A model generated the notes under the pieces. It saw only the letters and a program-made list of their open reading frames with translations. It did not search any database and was not told the origin of the DNA. Source: Clostridia bacterium (GTDB lineage Bacteria; Bacillota; Clostridia; Christensenellales; UBA1242). From it: a DNA stretch of 64,000 nucleotides. Location of the stretch: positions 1,138 to 65,137 of the forward strand of contig JAGASX010000017.1 in the NCBI GenBank assembly GCA_017621525.1, read 5' to 3'. How positions within the stretch are numbered: the first letter of the stretch is position 1; each line of letters starts with the position of its first letter. The translations under genes and the position numbers were made by a program. Shown here piece by piece: positions 8,666-18,138 of the stretch.

Positions 8666-10099
8666 GTGAAAGACAACCTTAAATTTTACAACAGATTTTG
8701 CTATGGCATAGGTGGTTTGGGATACAGTTCAATGTCCCAAACCTTAAATGCTTTTATCATGTTTTTTTCAACGGCGGTTATGGGTATTTCCGGCTCACTT
8801 GTGGGCATTGCAATTGCCATTTCTTCACTTTGGGACGGCGTCAGCGACCCGCTGATTGGCTACCTTTCAGACAACACCAAAAACAAATTTTTCGGTAAAC
8901 GACTTGGCTTTATGTTTTTTGGAATTTTTGTCATTGCTCTTCTCAATATCTGCATATGGTCAATGCCGGCAAAGTTTCCAGAATGGGGGAAATTTTTGTG
9001 GTTACTTGTGGGTATGCTTGCAATAGAAACGGCAAACACCTGCTTTGGTACCCCATATTCTGCCCTTGCAATTGATATAGCACCAGAATATAACGAGCAG
9101 TCAAAACTGCAAGGCTTTAAAACGGTTTTTAATATAATCGGCATGATTTTACCCAATATTTTAATGTACTTTTTCATGTCCTCAATATCAATAGGTATTC
9201 AAACCAGCCATACTCAAATGGGTTATATAAAAATTTCACTCATCAACTCGGCACTTCTTATAGTTTTGGGACTAATCACCATTCTCACCACACTTTGCTA
9301 TGTAAGAAAACATAAAGTGTACAACTTTACAGAGCCAAAAACAAAATTCAGCCTGTCAAACCTGCTTACAGGCTATTTCAATGTGCTTAAACAAAAAGAT
9401 TTTCGCTCTGTTATTTTGGGCTATTCATTTGCAACAATCGCCTCAACCTTTTTAACATCTGTTGGTATGCACCTTTTCACATATTGCTATCATTTTTCAA
9501 GCACTCAAATTTCAGTTGTTTTAATTGCACTTTTTGGTGGGGCAATTGCATCGCAACCCTTGTGGGTGTACCTTTCCAAACGCATGGATAAAAAGCGTGC
9601 ACTAAACATATCACTTTCAACAATCGTTTTTGGCGTTTTTTTAACAATCATAACATTTTTGTTCCGCTCATTTGTTCCAACAGATACAATGTTTTATATC
9701 GCCATTCCGTGCCTTATATTTTGCGGAATTGGTGCGGGGGCAATGTATTCTCTGCCATTTTCAATGTATGCCGATGTTGTAACATTGGAAATTTTTAAAA
9801 CCGGCAAAAACAATGCGGGTGCATATACAGGCTATTTTACCTTTTCATATAACCTTGCAAACTCGGTTGCACTTCTGCTTATCGGCTTTTTACTTGATAT
9901 AATAAAATTTGATTCTTCCCAACCTGTACAAGCCATGTCTGTACAAAACGGATTGGGTATGATTGTATTTTTTGGCTGTTCAATTTTTCTCGCCCTCGCC
10001 ATAACCTGCTTTGCAAGGTTTTCGGTAAAAAGGGCAGATGTTCTTAAAGTTCAAATGGTGCTGGACAGGGAAAAATCAAAAAAGATAAATAAAATTTAA
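8666..10099 (+). CDS. MFS transporter, glycoside-pentoside-hexuronide (GPH):cation symporter family
   Basis: About 12 TM segments. The N-terminal YGIGGLGYS...WDGVSDPLIGYLSDNT motif is typical of MelB/GPH carriers. GTG start. Confidence 0.8.
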   Translation: MKDNLKFYNRFCYGIGGLGYSSMSQTLNAFIMFFSTAVMGISGSLVGIAIAISSLWDGVSDPLIGYLSDNTKNKFFGKRLGFMFFGIFVIALLNICIWSMPAKFPEWGKFLWLLVGMLAIETANTCFGTPYSALAIDIAPEYNEQSKLQGFKTVFNIIGMILPNILMYFFMSSISIGIQTSHTQMGYIKISLINSALLIVLGLITILTTLCYVRKHKVYNFTEPKTKFSLSNLLTGYFNVLKQKDFRSVILGYSFATIASTFLTSVGMHLFTYCYHFSSTQISVVLIALFGGAIASQPLWVYLSKRMDKKRALNISLSTIVFGVFLTIITFLFRSFVPTDTMFYIAIPCLIFCGIGAGAMYSLPFSMYADVVTLEIFKTGKNNAGAYTGYFTFSYNLANSVALLLIGFLLDIIKFDSSQPVQAMSVQNGLGMIVFFGCSIFLALAITCFARFSVKRADVLKVQMVLDREKSKKINKI

Positions 10100-10119
10100 A
10101 ATTTCGCAAACAATATGGC

Positions 10120-10662
10120 ATGAAAAAATTTTCAAATATAGTTTTAATGTTTTTAATTTGCCTTATTTTGACAGGTTGTCAATCAAAAAACCTGCCATAC
10201 TCCACCATATCTCAAGATAACTATAACACAGGCGGTGAATTAACCTTTGTTTATGACGAAATAACCCATACTGCACACTTTGGCGGAGAGGGTGAAGTTG
10301 TGCAGTATTATAAAGCCAACATTGCAAAGGGCTGGACGGAAGAGGGGTGCCGAGTTGGCATTGTAATAAACTTGCCCGCAAACATTGATGATTTTTCTTC
10401 TGGTAAAACAAAAATAGGGGATAAGGAAGTATCCGCCGATGAATATATAATTCAAGAAAACGAGAACATTTACGCAATTTTTCAACCTATTGTAAGCGAA
10501 GAAAACAGGGTGATAACCCTTGAAATCACATGGCAAGAGGGCATAGCACCTCAAACCTACACAATTGTAATTGAAAACGGAACAATATTTATGCCAGCCC
10601 CAACAGAAGAAATAAACCAAACCATTGAAATAGATGCCTCGCAAAACAGATTTGTGATATAA
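10120..10662 (+). CDS. hypothetical lipoprotein
   Basis: Signal peptide with lipobox LILTGC. No recognisable domain. Confidence 0.7.
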   Translation: MKKFSNIVLMFLICLILTGCQSKNLPYSTISQDNYNTGGELTFVYDEITHTAHFGGEGEVVQYYKANIAKGWTEEGCRVGIVINLPANIDDFSSGKTKIGDKEVSADEYIIQENENIYAIFQPIVSEENRVITLEITWQEGIAPQTYTIVIENGTIFMPAPTEEINQTIEIDASQNRFVI

Positions 10663-10668
10663 AAAAAG

Positions 10669-10696
10669 CCTTGCATTTGTATTTGCAAGGTTTTTT
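10669..10696 (+). terminator. rho-independent terminator
   Basis: CCTTGCA (10669..10675) / TGCAAGG (10684..10690) followed by T6. Confidence 0.8.
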
Positions 10697-10770
10697 GGTA
10701 GCCTCTAGGGGAGTCGAACCCCTCACTCCGCCGTGAAAGGGCGATGTCTTAACCGATTGACCAAGAGGCC
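10696..10770 (-). tRNA. tRNA-Glu (anticodon UUC), CCA encoded
   Basis: The reverse complement GGCCTCTTGGTCAATCGGTTAAGACATCGCCCTTTCACGGCGGAGTGAGGGGTTCGACTCCCCTAGAGGCTACCA folds as a cloverleaf. Anticodon loop is CUUUCAC, T-loop is GGTTCGACTCC. Confidence 0.85.
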
Positions 10771-10873
10771 ATAACAAAAGTAGGGAGTAACTTTTGTACT
10801 TTGTTATTATAGAATAAAATATAATGGCCTGTCAAGTATTTTTAATAAAAAAATAAAATATTTGTCAAAAAAA

Positions 10874-11587
10874 TTAAAAATTTGTTCTTGCAATGGCACA
10901 AACATAAACAAAACCTGCCTTATCCATCAATTTTGCACAGGTGTTCACGGTTGCGCAAGTGGTTACAACATCATCAATGATAAGAACATTTTTGCCCTTT
11001 ATGCTTTTGCTGTCAGTAAGGCTTATACTGTCTTTAAGGTTGTTTTGCCTTTCTTCAAAATTCAAAAACTTTTGATTTTGGGTTGGCTGATTTTTGCAAA
11101 GCACATCACAAACAGGCTTGTTAGAAAGTTTTGCAAGTTCATCAGCAAGTACTTTTGCAGGATTGTAGCCTCGCTTTTTAATTGTTTTTGTATGCGATGG
11201 CACAGGTACGATAACATCAAAAACAACATTTTCAATCATAAGTTTTTCATAAATAAATTTCACAAAATGCTCAGCCAAATATTTTGCACCATCACTTTTA
11301 AATTTCAAAATGCTTGCCCGCACCTTTCCAGTATAATCAAAAGGGCAGAAACATTGCTCAAAATATCGCTTGTGATTTTTGCAGTGGTCGCAAACTATAT
11401 TACCCTCTTTAATTTTTGCATCACATTTTATGCAACGATTGCCTTCATTAAAAATATTTTCTTTAAGACATTCGTCGCAAATGCAACCATTTGCAACATC
11501 GTTGTCGCAAAACATACACTTTATATCATTTGGATAAACCATATCCAAAAGGAAATTTTTAAACTTAATCAATTTATCTTTAAACAT
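10874..11587 (-). CDS. comFC: ComF family protein (ComFC-type phosphoribosyltransferase with N-terminal zinc fingers)
   Basis: N-terminal CxxC pairs and the PRTase motif VLIIDDVVTTCATV. Directly abuts recD2. Confidence 0.85.
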   Translation of the reverse strand: MFKDKLIKFKNFLLDMVYPNDIKCMFCDNDVANGCICDECLKENIFNEGNRCIKCDAKIKEGNIVCDHCKNHKRYFEQCFCPFDYTGKVRASILKFKSDGAKYLAEHFVKFIYEKLMIENVVFDVIVPVPSHTKTIKKRGYNPAKVLADELAKLSNKPVCDVLCKNQPTQNQKFLNFEERQNNLKDSISLTDSKSIKGKNVLIIDDVVTTCATVNTCAKLMDKAGFVYVCAIARTNF

Positions 11588-13825
11588 CTATTCGTATAAC
11601 AACCTTATTTTTTTATCGGCTTCAATCAACAATTTTTTAAGCAAGGTAAACCTTTGCACTGTATAGTTGTTTGAAACCATTCGTTTTAAACTTTGCTGTT
11701 GCCCAACAAGAACAACCATTTTTTTTGCACGCGTAACACCTGTATAAATAAGGTTACGCGTTAAAATCATGTTAGGCCCGCCAATAGAAGGAATAATCAC
11801 CACGTCAAATTCAGAGCCCTGACTTTTATGAATGGTAATAGCATAAGCAAGCGAAAGTTGACTTACTTCTGTGCGAGGGTACAAACACCTACGCCCATCT
11901 TCAAACATAACCACAACTTCGCCCGTTTGATAGTCAATAAGTTCAATAAACCCGATGTCGCCATTAAATACGCCTTCGCCTTCTTCCTCAATAAACCCAA
12001 CTTTTTTCTTCCACACCAAACCATAGTTGTTTGCAGTTTGCATAACCTTATCGCCGGTACGGAACACACTTTCGCCCACTATAAGGTCAACTTTGGCAAT
12101 TGCAGGGGGATTTAATGCCTCTTGCAAAGCTCGGTTAAGGTTGTCAATGCCACAAACTCCCGCTTTAAGAGGTGCAAGCACTTGAATTTGACTGCTTTCA
12201 AGCCCGGTGAATTTAGGCAATCGCTTTGTTACCATTTGCACGATAGAATTTTTTATACTTTCCAAATCTTCATGCTCTTCAAAGAAGAAGTCTTTTGAAG
12301 AGTTGTCAATAAAAGGCATTTTGCCGGCGTTAATAAGGTGGGCATTGGTAATAATAAGACTGTTGTCGCTTTGACGATAAATTTTTGTAAGCATAGAAAG
12401 ATTTATAAGCCCACTTTTAATGATGTCATCAAGTACGTTACCTGCCCCAACACTTGGCAATTGGTCTTTGTCGCCCACCAAAATAAGTTTGCAGTCGCGT
12501 GGAAGAGCTTTACAAAGATGGCTCATAACAGACACATCAACCATAGAAACCTCGTCCACAATTACACAATCTGTTTTAAAAGGGTTGTTTTCGTTGTAAA
12601 CGAAACGACTTGAAGAGGATAACTCGCCATTTGCAATTTCAAGCGCACGGTGAATGGTTTTTGCCTCTTCGCCTGTGCTGTCGGCAAGCCTTTTAGATGC
12701 ACGGCCTGTTGGTGCAAGCAACATAAAACGCTGGTCATTCTGCCTTAAAATTTCAATAATGCATTTCACAATGGTAGTTTTTCCAGTTCCGGGCCCACCT
12801 GTAATCACAGAAACACCGCTGTTTATCGCGGTTGTAATTGCATTTTTTTGCTCTTCATGAAACTGAATGGCAAATTTCTCTTCAAAGTGCTTAATGGCTT
12901 CTTCAACATCTTGCTTTCGCGTGATTTGCGAGCAGTTTAAAAGTGCCAATTTTTGCGCGACAGAACTTTCATAAAAATAGTATTTAGATGGCATTACAAT
13001 TTCATATTCTTCCTGCCACATAACAAGCAATGTTTTGTCAAGGGTTAAACTATCAAGGGCAGAGGCAAACAACTCTTCATTTGCAACGTGGTCAAGTTCC
13101 AAAAGTTTGCTAGCTTGGGCAAGCAACATAACTTTTGGCAGAAAGGTGTTACCTGTTTTTTCAACGGCACTATTTAAAGTGTGCAAAATTCCCGCACGCA
13201 CACGATATTCGCTGTTGTGCGGTATGCCAATAGTTTGTGCAATCTTATCGGCAGTTAAAAAGCCAATGCCTTGCACATCTTCCACAAGACGATATGGATT
13301 ATTTTTTACAATATCCACAGTTTTGTCGCCGTATATGTCATAAATTTTCAGCGACATATTGGTTGTTATGTTGTATTTTTGTAAAAACATAACAGTATTT
13401 TGAAGTTTTTTAAGTTCTTTAAACTTTTCTCCAATTTCCAAGGCTTTTTTAATAGAAATGTTGCGTACTTCTGCCAAAGAAGATGGGCTCATTTCAATAA
13501 TATCAAATGTTTGCTCTTTAAAATGATTTACAATGTTGCGCGCGGTAACAGGTCCCACACCTTTAATAAGCCCAGATGCCAAATATTTCTCAATGCCGGC
13601 AAGCGTGGTTGGCAAAACAATTTCATAAGAGGTGAAAGCAAATTGGTAACCATATTTTGCATTGTTCACATATTCGCCTTCAAGCGAAAGATTTTCGCCA
13701 ATGTTGGCGTTAATAAGCTTGCCCACGCAAACAACAGGCGTAGACTTAAAATCCAAAATAAAAACAGTGTAACCATTTGCATCGTTACGAAAAATAATTT
13801 CTTCAACGGTTCCTTCAATCTGCAT
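11588..13825 (-). CDS. recD2: ATP-dependent RecD2-type (SF1B) DNA helicase
   Basis: N-terminal OB/HhH region (GIGPVTARNIV), Walker A GGPGTGKTT, Walker B CVIVDEVSMVD, LILVGDKDQLPSVGAGNV, and C-terminal AITIHKSQGSEF. Confidence 0.92.
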   Translation of the reverse strand: MQIEGTVEEIIFRNDANGYTVFILDFKSTPVVCVGKLINANIGENLSLEGEYVNNAKYGYQFAFTSYEIVLPTTLAGIEKYLASGLIKGVGPVTARNIVNHFKEQTFDIIEMSPSSLAEVRNISIKKALEIGEKFKELKKLQNTVMFLQKYNITTNMSLKIYDIYGDKTVDIVKNNPYRLVEDVQGIGFLTADKIAQTIGIPHNSEYRVRAGILHTLNSAVEKTGNTFLPKVMLLAQASKLLELDHVANEELFASALDSLTLDKTLLVMWQEEYEIVMPSKYYFYESSVAQKLALLNCSQITRKQDVEEAIKHFEEKFAIQFHEEQKNAITTAINSGVSVITGGPGTGKTTIVKCIIEILRQNDQRFMLLAPTGRASKRLADSTGEEAKTIHRALEIANGELSSSSRFVYNENNPFKTDCVIVDEVSMVDVSVMSHLCKALPRDCKLILVGDKDQLPSVGAGNVLDDIIKSGLINLSMLTKIYRQSDNSLIITNAHLINAGKMPFIDNSSKDFFFEEHEDLESIKNSIVQMVTKRLPKFTGLESSQIQVLAPLKAGVCGIDNLNRALQEALNPPAIAKVDLIVGESVFRTGDKVMQTANNYGLVWKKKVGFIEEEGEGVFNGDIGFIELIDYQTGEVVVMFEDGRRCLYPRTEVSQLSLAYAITIHKSQGSEFDVVIIPSIGGPNMILTRNLIYTGVTRAKKMVVLVGQQQSLKRMVSNNYTVQRFTLLKKLLIEADKKIRLLYE

Positions 13826-13920
13826 ATTTATATTTTAATATCAAAGTATCCGAAAATCAAGCAAAAACGCTTGCAAAAAGAAATAAATTTATATATACTA
13901 TATACGAAAAAGAGAACAAT

Positions 13921-14304
13921 ATGAAAAGAGCGGAAAAAATCATAGAAATTGAATCATTGCTTGAAAATCTGTTGAAAAGAAACAGAGAGGGGTCTTTGTT
14001 GCGAATGAAAATTTTGTTTTTCAGTTCCCTTTATGAAAACCTTTCAATTGGCATGATAATCGAGAAACTTGGCATCAAAAAAACCAATTTTGCACTTATG
14101 ACGGCAGAACTTGAAAAAGAGGGGTGTATACTTCTTAAAAAATCAAGTTTAGATAAACGATGTCGTATGATAGAACTTACAAACAAGGGCAGGGCGGAAC
14201 TTGATGCATTTTTAAAAGATATAGAAAAATCGCTTGGTGCATCTTCTCCAGAAATTGACTATACCCTTGAAAAATTAAACAATTTTTTAAATAAAATCAT
14301 ATAG
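13921..14304 (+). CDS. MarR-family winged-helix transcriptional regulator
   Basis: 127 aa. LSIGMIIEKLGIKKTNFALMTAELEKEGCILLKKSSLDKRCRMIELTNKGR matches the MarR wHTH. Confidence 0.7.
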   Translation: MKRAEKIIEIESLLENLLKRNREGSLLRMKILFFSSLYENLSIGMIIEKLGIKKTNFALMTAELEKEGCILLKKSSLDKRCRMIELTNKGRAELDAFLKDIEKSLGASSPEIDYTLEKLNNFLNKII

Positions 14305-14320
14305 AAAATAAGGAGATACC

Positions 14321-15712
14321 ATGCTTAAAATATATAATTCCTTGACAAGACGCAAGGAGGATTTTGTGCCTCTAAACGCAAACAATGTCAAGATGTACGC
14401 CTGCGGAATCACCGTTTCAGGCAACGCCCACATAGGGCATCTTTTTCAAGCCCTCGTTTATGATATAATAAGAAAGGTGCTTGAAAAGAATGGGTTTAAG
14501 GTTACTTATGCCCGAAACTATACAGATATAGATGATAAAATCATAGCAACCGCCAATAAACTTGGCGTAGATTCTGCCGATTACGCCAAACAAATGATTG
14601 CTAAAATTGATAATGAGATGAATTATTTTCAGGTTGATGAGCCTACACTTTGGCTTAAAGCAACAGAAAATATCGAAAATATAATAAACTTCACCCAAAC
14701 ACTTATTGAAAAGGGGTATGCATACCCAACCTCAAAGGGGGACGTATATTACAGCGTAGATAAATTCGCAAAATATGGTTGCCTTTCAAACAGAAATTTG
14801 GAAGACGCTAAAAACGGATACCGCATTGATAATGATGAGGAAAAACAAAGCCCACTTGACTTTGCACTTTGGAAAAGTGCCAAACCGGGTGAACCATATT
14901 GGCTTTCACCATGGGGGAAAGGCAGACCGGGCTGGCATATTGAATGTTCAACCATGAATATGCAGGCATTTGGCGACCAAATTGATATTCATGGTGGCGG
15001 AAGAGATTTAATTTTCCCTCATCATGAAAATGAAATTGCTCAAACAGAGGCTCTTACAGGCAAACAATTTGCAAAATATTGGATTCATAACGGCCTTATA
15101 AAGGTTGACGGACAAAAGATGTCAAAAAGCCTTGGCAATTCAATAATTTTGGAAGACTTAATGAAAAAGTACCATCCAGAGGTTGTAAAGTTTGCACTTT
15201 TGCAAAACAGTTACCGAAGCGACCTTAACCTTACCGAAGCCGTTTTTGCACAGGCAGAAAAACATATATACTCATTCCATAAAACACTTCTTGCCGTACA
15301 AGAAAAATTCCCAATCACTGATGAAATAAATGGGGAATATGAAAAACTTGTTGATGAGGCAATGCAAGATGACTTCAACAGCCCAAAAGCATTTTCATAC
15401 CTTTTTGATATTTTCAAAACCATGCAAAAGAAACTTGCAGAAAATGATAAAAGCGTTATAGCGGACTATAACGGCGTAAAAAAAGCATATAAAATTTTAG
15501 GGCTTTTTGTAAACGACAGCAAAGAGGTTGTTGCCTTTGTCAACAATAAAGAGGGGGATATTCCACAAGAGGTAAAAGACCTTGCCCAAAAACGTTGGCA
15601 GGCAAAACAAAATAAAGATTGGGCTACCGCCGACGCGCTTCGCAGTCAACTTGACGCTCTTGGCTATATAGTAAAAGACAATAAAGAGGGCTACGATATA
15701 AATAAGAAATAA
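14321..15712 (+). CDS. cysS: cysteine--tRNA ligase
   Basis: HIGH motif (NAHIGHLF), WHIECS zinc site, KMSKS motif. Length 463 aa. Confidence 0.97.
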   Translation: MLKIYNSLTRRKEDFVPLNANNVKMYACGITVSGNAHIGHLFQALVYDIIRKVLEKNGFKVTYARNYTDIDDKIIATANKLGVDSADYAKQMIAKIDNEMNYFQVDEPTLWLKATENIENIINFTQTLIEKGYAYPTSKGDVYYSVDKFAKYGCLSNRNLEDAKNGYRIDNDEEKQSPLDFALWKSAKPGEPYWLSPWGKGRPGWHIECSTMNMQAFGDQIDIHGGGRDLIFPHHENEIAQTEALTGKQFAKYWIHNGLIKVDGQKMSKSLGNSIILEDLMKKYHPEVVKFALLQNSYRSDLNLTEAVFAQAEKHIYSFHKTLLAVQEKFPITDEINGEYEKLVDEAMQDDFNSPKAFSYLFDIFKTMQKKLAENDKSVIADYNGVKKAYKILGLFVNDSKEVVAFVNNKEGDIPQEVKDLAQKRWQAKQNKDWATADALRSQLDALGYIVKDNKEGYDINKK

Positions 15713-15750
15713 TGGGCTATTATGTTATATAATAATAACATACTACCTTA

Positions 15751-15781
15751 AAAAACATCACCGATTTTGGTGATGCTTTTT
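15751..15781. terminator. bidirectional terminator between cysS and the PBP gene
   Basis: CATCACC-gatttt-GGTGATG flanked by an A-run and a T-run. Confidence 0.8.
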
Positions 15782-17999
15782 AAATATACCACTTGTTTGA
15801 TTGGGTGGGTTGCTTTCGCAGAAAACTTATTTCTTGCCGTTCAATAAGTTCTGGCATAAGGGTGTAAAAATTGGTGATGCAAACTTTTTGGCGTTCATTT
15901 AAAAGGGGAATAACAACCTTTTGCAATCCATCTTTTCCACTGATTGTTTGAATGGTTTTTCCTTCACTTTCAATTTTGTAAGTCATAAAATCTTTGGCGT
16001 CAAATTCAATAACAGCATTGCCATTTTCAACGCGACTTGCAACTTTCACCTTGTCAACTTTGGTGAATTTTTGGGAAATTTCTGTTGGCAAGTTAAAAAC
16101 AGAGAAAGTTTCTGTTTTGGTATACCTTTCAGGTATGTATGTGTTTGCCAAAACTACGCGGTGATTTGATGACAGTTCTTCGCTATCAATTTTTCGTTCT
16201 ACAATACTATTAGGTTTTTCAAAATGTGAATTGTCGCCTATTTCAGCAAAATATGATTTTACAATTTCGGTTGGCTGGTTGCCTCCCGCGTAAAGAATAG
16301 GAGTGTTGTCAAGTTCGCCAAGCCATACTCCACAAGTTTGGGCTTTGGTGTAGGAAACATTCCATGCATCAAGGTTTTCTTTACTGCCACTTTTTCCAAC
16401 CGTACCTGTTTTAGACGCTATTTCGCAATCAAGTTCGGCAAGCCGTTTGGCTGTACCGCTCTGTGCACAAGTTTTAAGCATATCGGTAATTAAATATGCA
16501 CTATCCTCACGCAAAACTTTGCTTGAGTGGTGGTCGTTTATGTAAACAATTTTACCGTTTTTGTCTGTGATATAAGATACAAATTTGGGCTGTATAAAAT
16601 TTCCGCCATTTGCAAAAGTGCTGTACGCACCGCACAACTGCAAAATATTCACACCATAAGTCATACCGCCAAGTGCAAGAGTATAACTTGTATCATTTTC
16701 ATCAAAGGTAAATCCCATATCTTGGGCGTATGCCTTTGCTTTGTCAATGCCCACATAAGAAAGCACTTTTACTGACGGAATGTTCATAGATTTAGACAAT
16801 GCCTCGCGTACACTTACATAACCGCGATACACATCGCCAACATTTTTAGGGGAATAATCGCCGATTGTAACTTTTTCGTCCAATATTTGGGTGCAAGGAT
16901 AAATGATATCCTCATTAAGTGCCGGACTGTACACCAAAACCGGTTTAATGCAAGAGCCAGGTTGTCGTTTTGCATCTAAAATTTTGTAACTGCTGTTTCC
17001 AATATATGCCTCAACTGCACCTTTTTCATTGTCAATCACAATGCCAGCACTGTCGCAAGAAAGTTCTTGCTGGCTAAACGCCTTTTCAAGTGCTTTTTGC
17101 TTTTGCTGGTTTTGTGAGGTGTAAATTTTATATCCATTTATAGCAAGTTGCCTTGCTGGAAGTCCCATAATTTTTTCTGCTTCGTCAATCGACGCTTGGC
17201 TGAAAGAATTAAGCCGATTATGGCTTTCTTTGTTAAGTTTTAAGATTGTTTTTTGCTCTTTTAATTTATAATAATCAACCTCGCTCAACTTGCCACAATT
17301 CATCATCTGTTTCATAACCAAATTTCGCCGAGAAAGGCTGTTTTTTGGGTTTTTAATTGGCGAGTACTTGGCAGGTGATTTAAGCATTGCGGATAAAGTT
17401 GCACTTTCAATAACACTTAAATCTTTTGCAGGCTTTGAAAAATAATAGTTTGATGCACTTTCAATTCCATAGCAATTGTTGCCGAAGTATACCACATTAA
17501 GGTACAACTCCAAAATTTCATCTTTGCTGTAAGATTTTTCCAACTTTTTGGCAAGCGCAACCTCTTTAATTTTGCGAACGATTGTTTTTTCGCTGGTTAA
17601 ATGGGTGTTTTTTACAAGTTGCTGGGTGATTGTGCTTGCGCCTTCTTTAAAGGAACGTGATTTTAAATTGCTTACCATTGCTTTTGCAATTCTTTTATAA
17701 TTCACACCGCTATGCTTGTAAAAATCTTTGTCCTCAATAGATAAAAACGCGTCAATGGTGTGTGGATTTAGCGTTTCAAGTTTCGCATAGGCTTTGTTTA
17801 TTTGGTTTTCTTCTTTTATGGGCTTGTTGTCGCTGTCGAACACTTGCAAGGTCAGTGAAGGCGAAGATAAAACTTCTTCGTTAAGTTCAATTGTGCTTGC
17901 GTTGATATACACAGATGACACATAAAGCCCCAGCCCGCCCAATGCAAGAGCCAGCAAAATGCCCAAAATAATCATCGACCACTTTAAAAACTTTTTCAT
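15780..17999 (-). CDS. class A penicillin-binding protein (PBP1A family transglycosylase/transpeptidase)
   Basis: N-terminal TM, GT51 motifs (EDKDFYKHSGV, GASTITQQLVKN, RKIKE), transpeptidase SxxK (GSCIKP) and KTGT. Confidence 0.92.
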   Translation of the reverse strand: MKKFLKWSMIILGILLALALGGLGLYVSSVYINASTIELNEEVLSSPSLTLQVFDSDNKPIKEENQINKAYAKLETLNPHTIDAFLSIEDKDFYKHSGVNYKRIAKAMVSNLKSRSFKEGASTITQQLVKNTHLTSEKTIVRKIKEVALAKKLEKSYSKDEILELYLNVVYFGNNCYGIESASNYYFSKPAKDLSVIESATLSAMLKSPAKYSPIKNPKNSLSRRNLVMKQMMNCGKLSEVDYYKLKEQKTILKLNKESHNRLNSFSQASIDEAEKIMGLPARQLAINGYKIYTSQNQQKQKALEKAFSQQELSCDSAGIVIDNEKGAVEAYIGNSSYKILDAKRQPGSCIKPVLVYSPALNEDIIYPCTQILDEKVTIGDYSPKNVGDVYRGYVSVREALSKSMNIPSVKVLSYVGIDKAKAYAQDMGFTFDENDTSYTLALGGMTYGVNILQLCGAYSTFANGGNFIQPKFVSYITDKNGKIVYINDHHSSKVLREDSAYLITDMLKTCAQSGTAKRLAELDCEIASKTGTVGKSGSKENLDAWNVSYTKAQTCGVWLGELDNTPILYAGGNQPTEIVKSYFAEIGDNSHFEKPNSIVERKIDSEELSSNHRVVLANTYIPERYTKTETFSVFNLPTEISQKFTKVDKVKVASRVENGNAVIEFDAKDFMTYKIESEGKTIQTISGKDGLQKVVIPLLNERQKVCITNFYTLMPELIERQEISFLRKQPTQSNKWYI

Positions 18000-18138
18000 C
18001 AGTTGTTATTATGTTTAATATTTCATAAATTATTTGCTTTATATTGTAAATTTTTATTTGAAAAATTCCTTTATTTATAGTATAATCATATTGATTATAT
18101 TAAGTAAAGGGCGAGTTTGCCCGTCAAAAGAGGAAAGA

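Noticed and set aside
10862-11599. 245-aa plus-strand ORF covering the whole comFC locus
   Set aside because: It is antisense to a minus-strand ORF with clear ComFC motifs (CxxC fingers, PRTase VLIIDDVVTT). Its translation is Cys/Phe/Ile-rich low-complexity sequence typical of the reverse frame of an AT-rich gene, and it has no SD.
11588-13825. RecD2 helicase with an adjacent PRTase-like gene as a possible defence module
   Set aside because: recD2-comFC adjacency is common core synteny in Firmicutes, and both proteins show ordinary housekeeping motifs.
13400-13924. 174-aa plus-strand ORF over the 5' end of recD2
   Set aside because: It is antisense to a well-supported helicase N-terminus. 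It has Phe/Asn/Lys-rich composition and no motif or RBS. It is a frame artefact.
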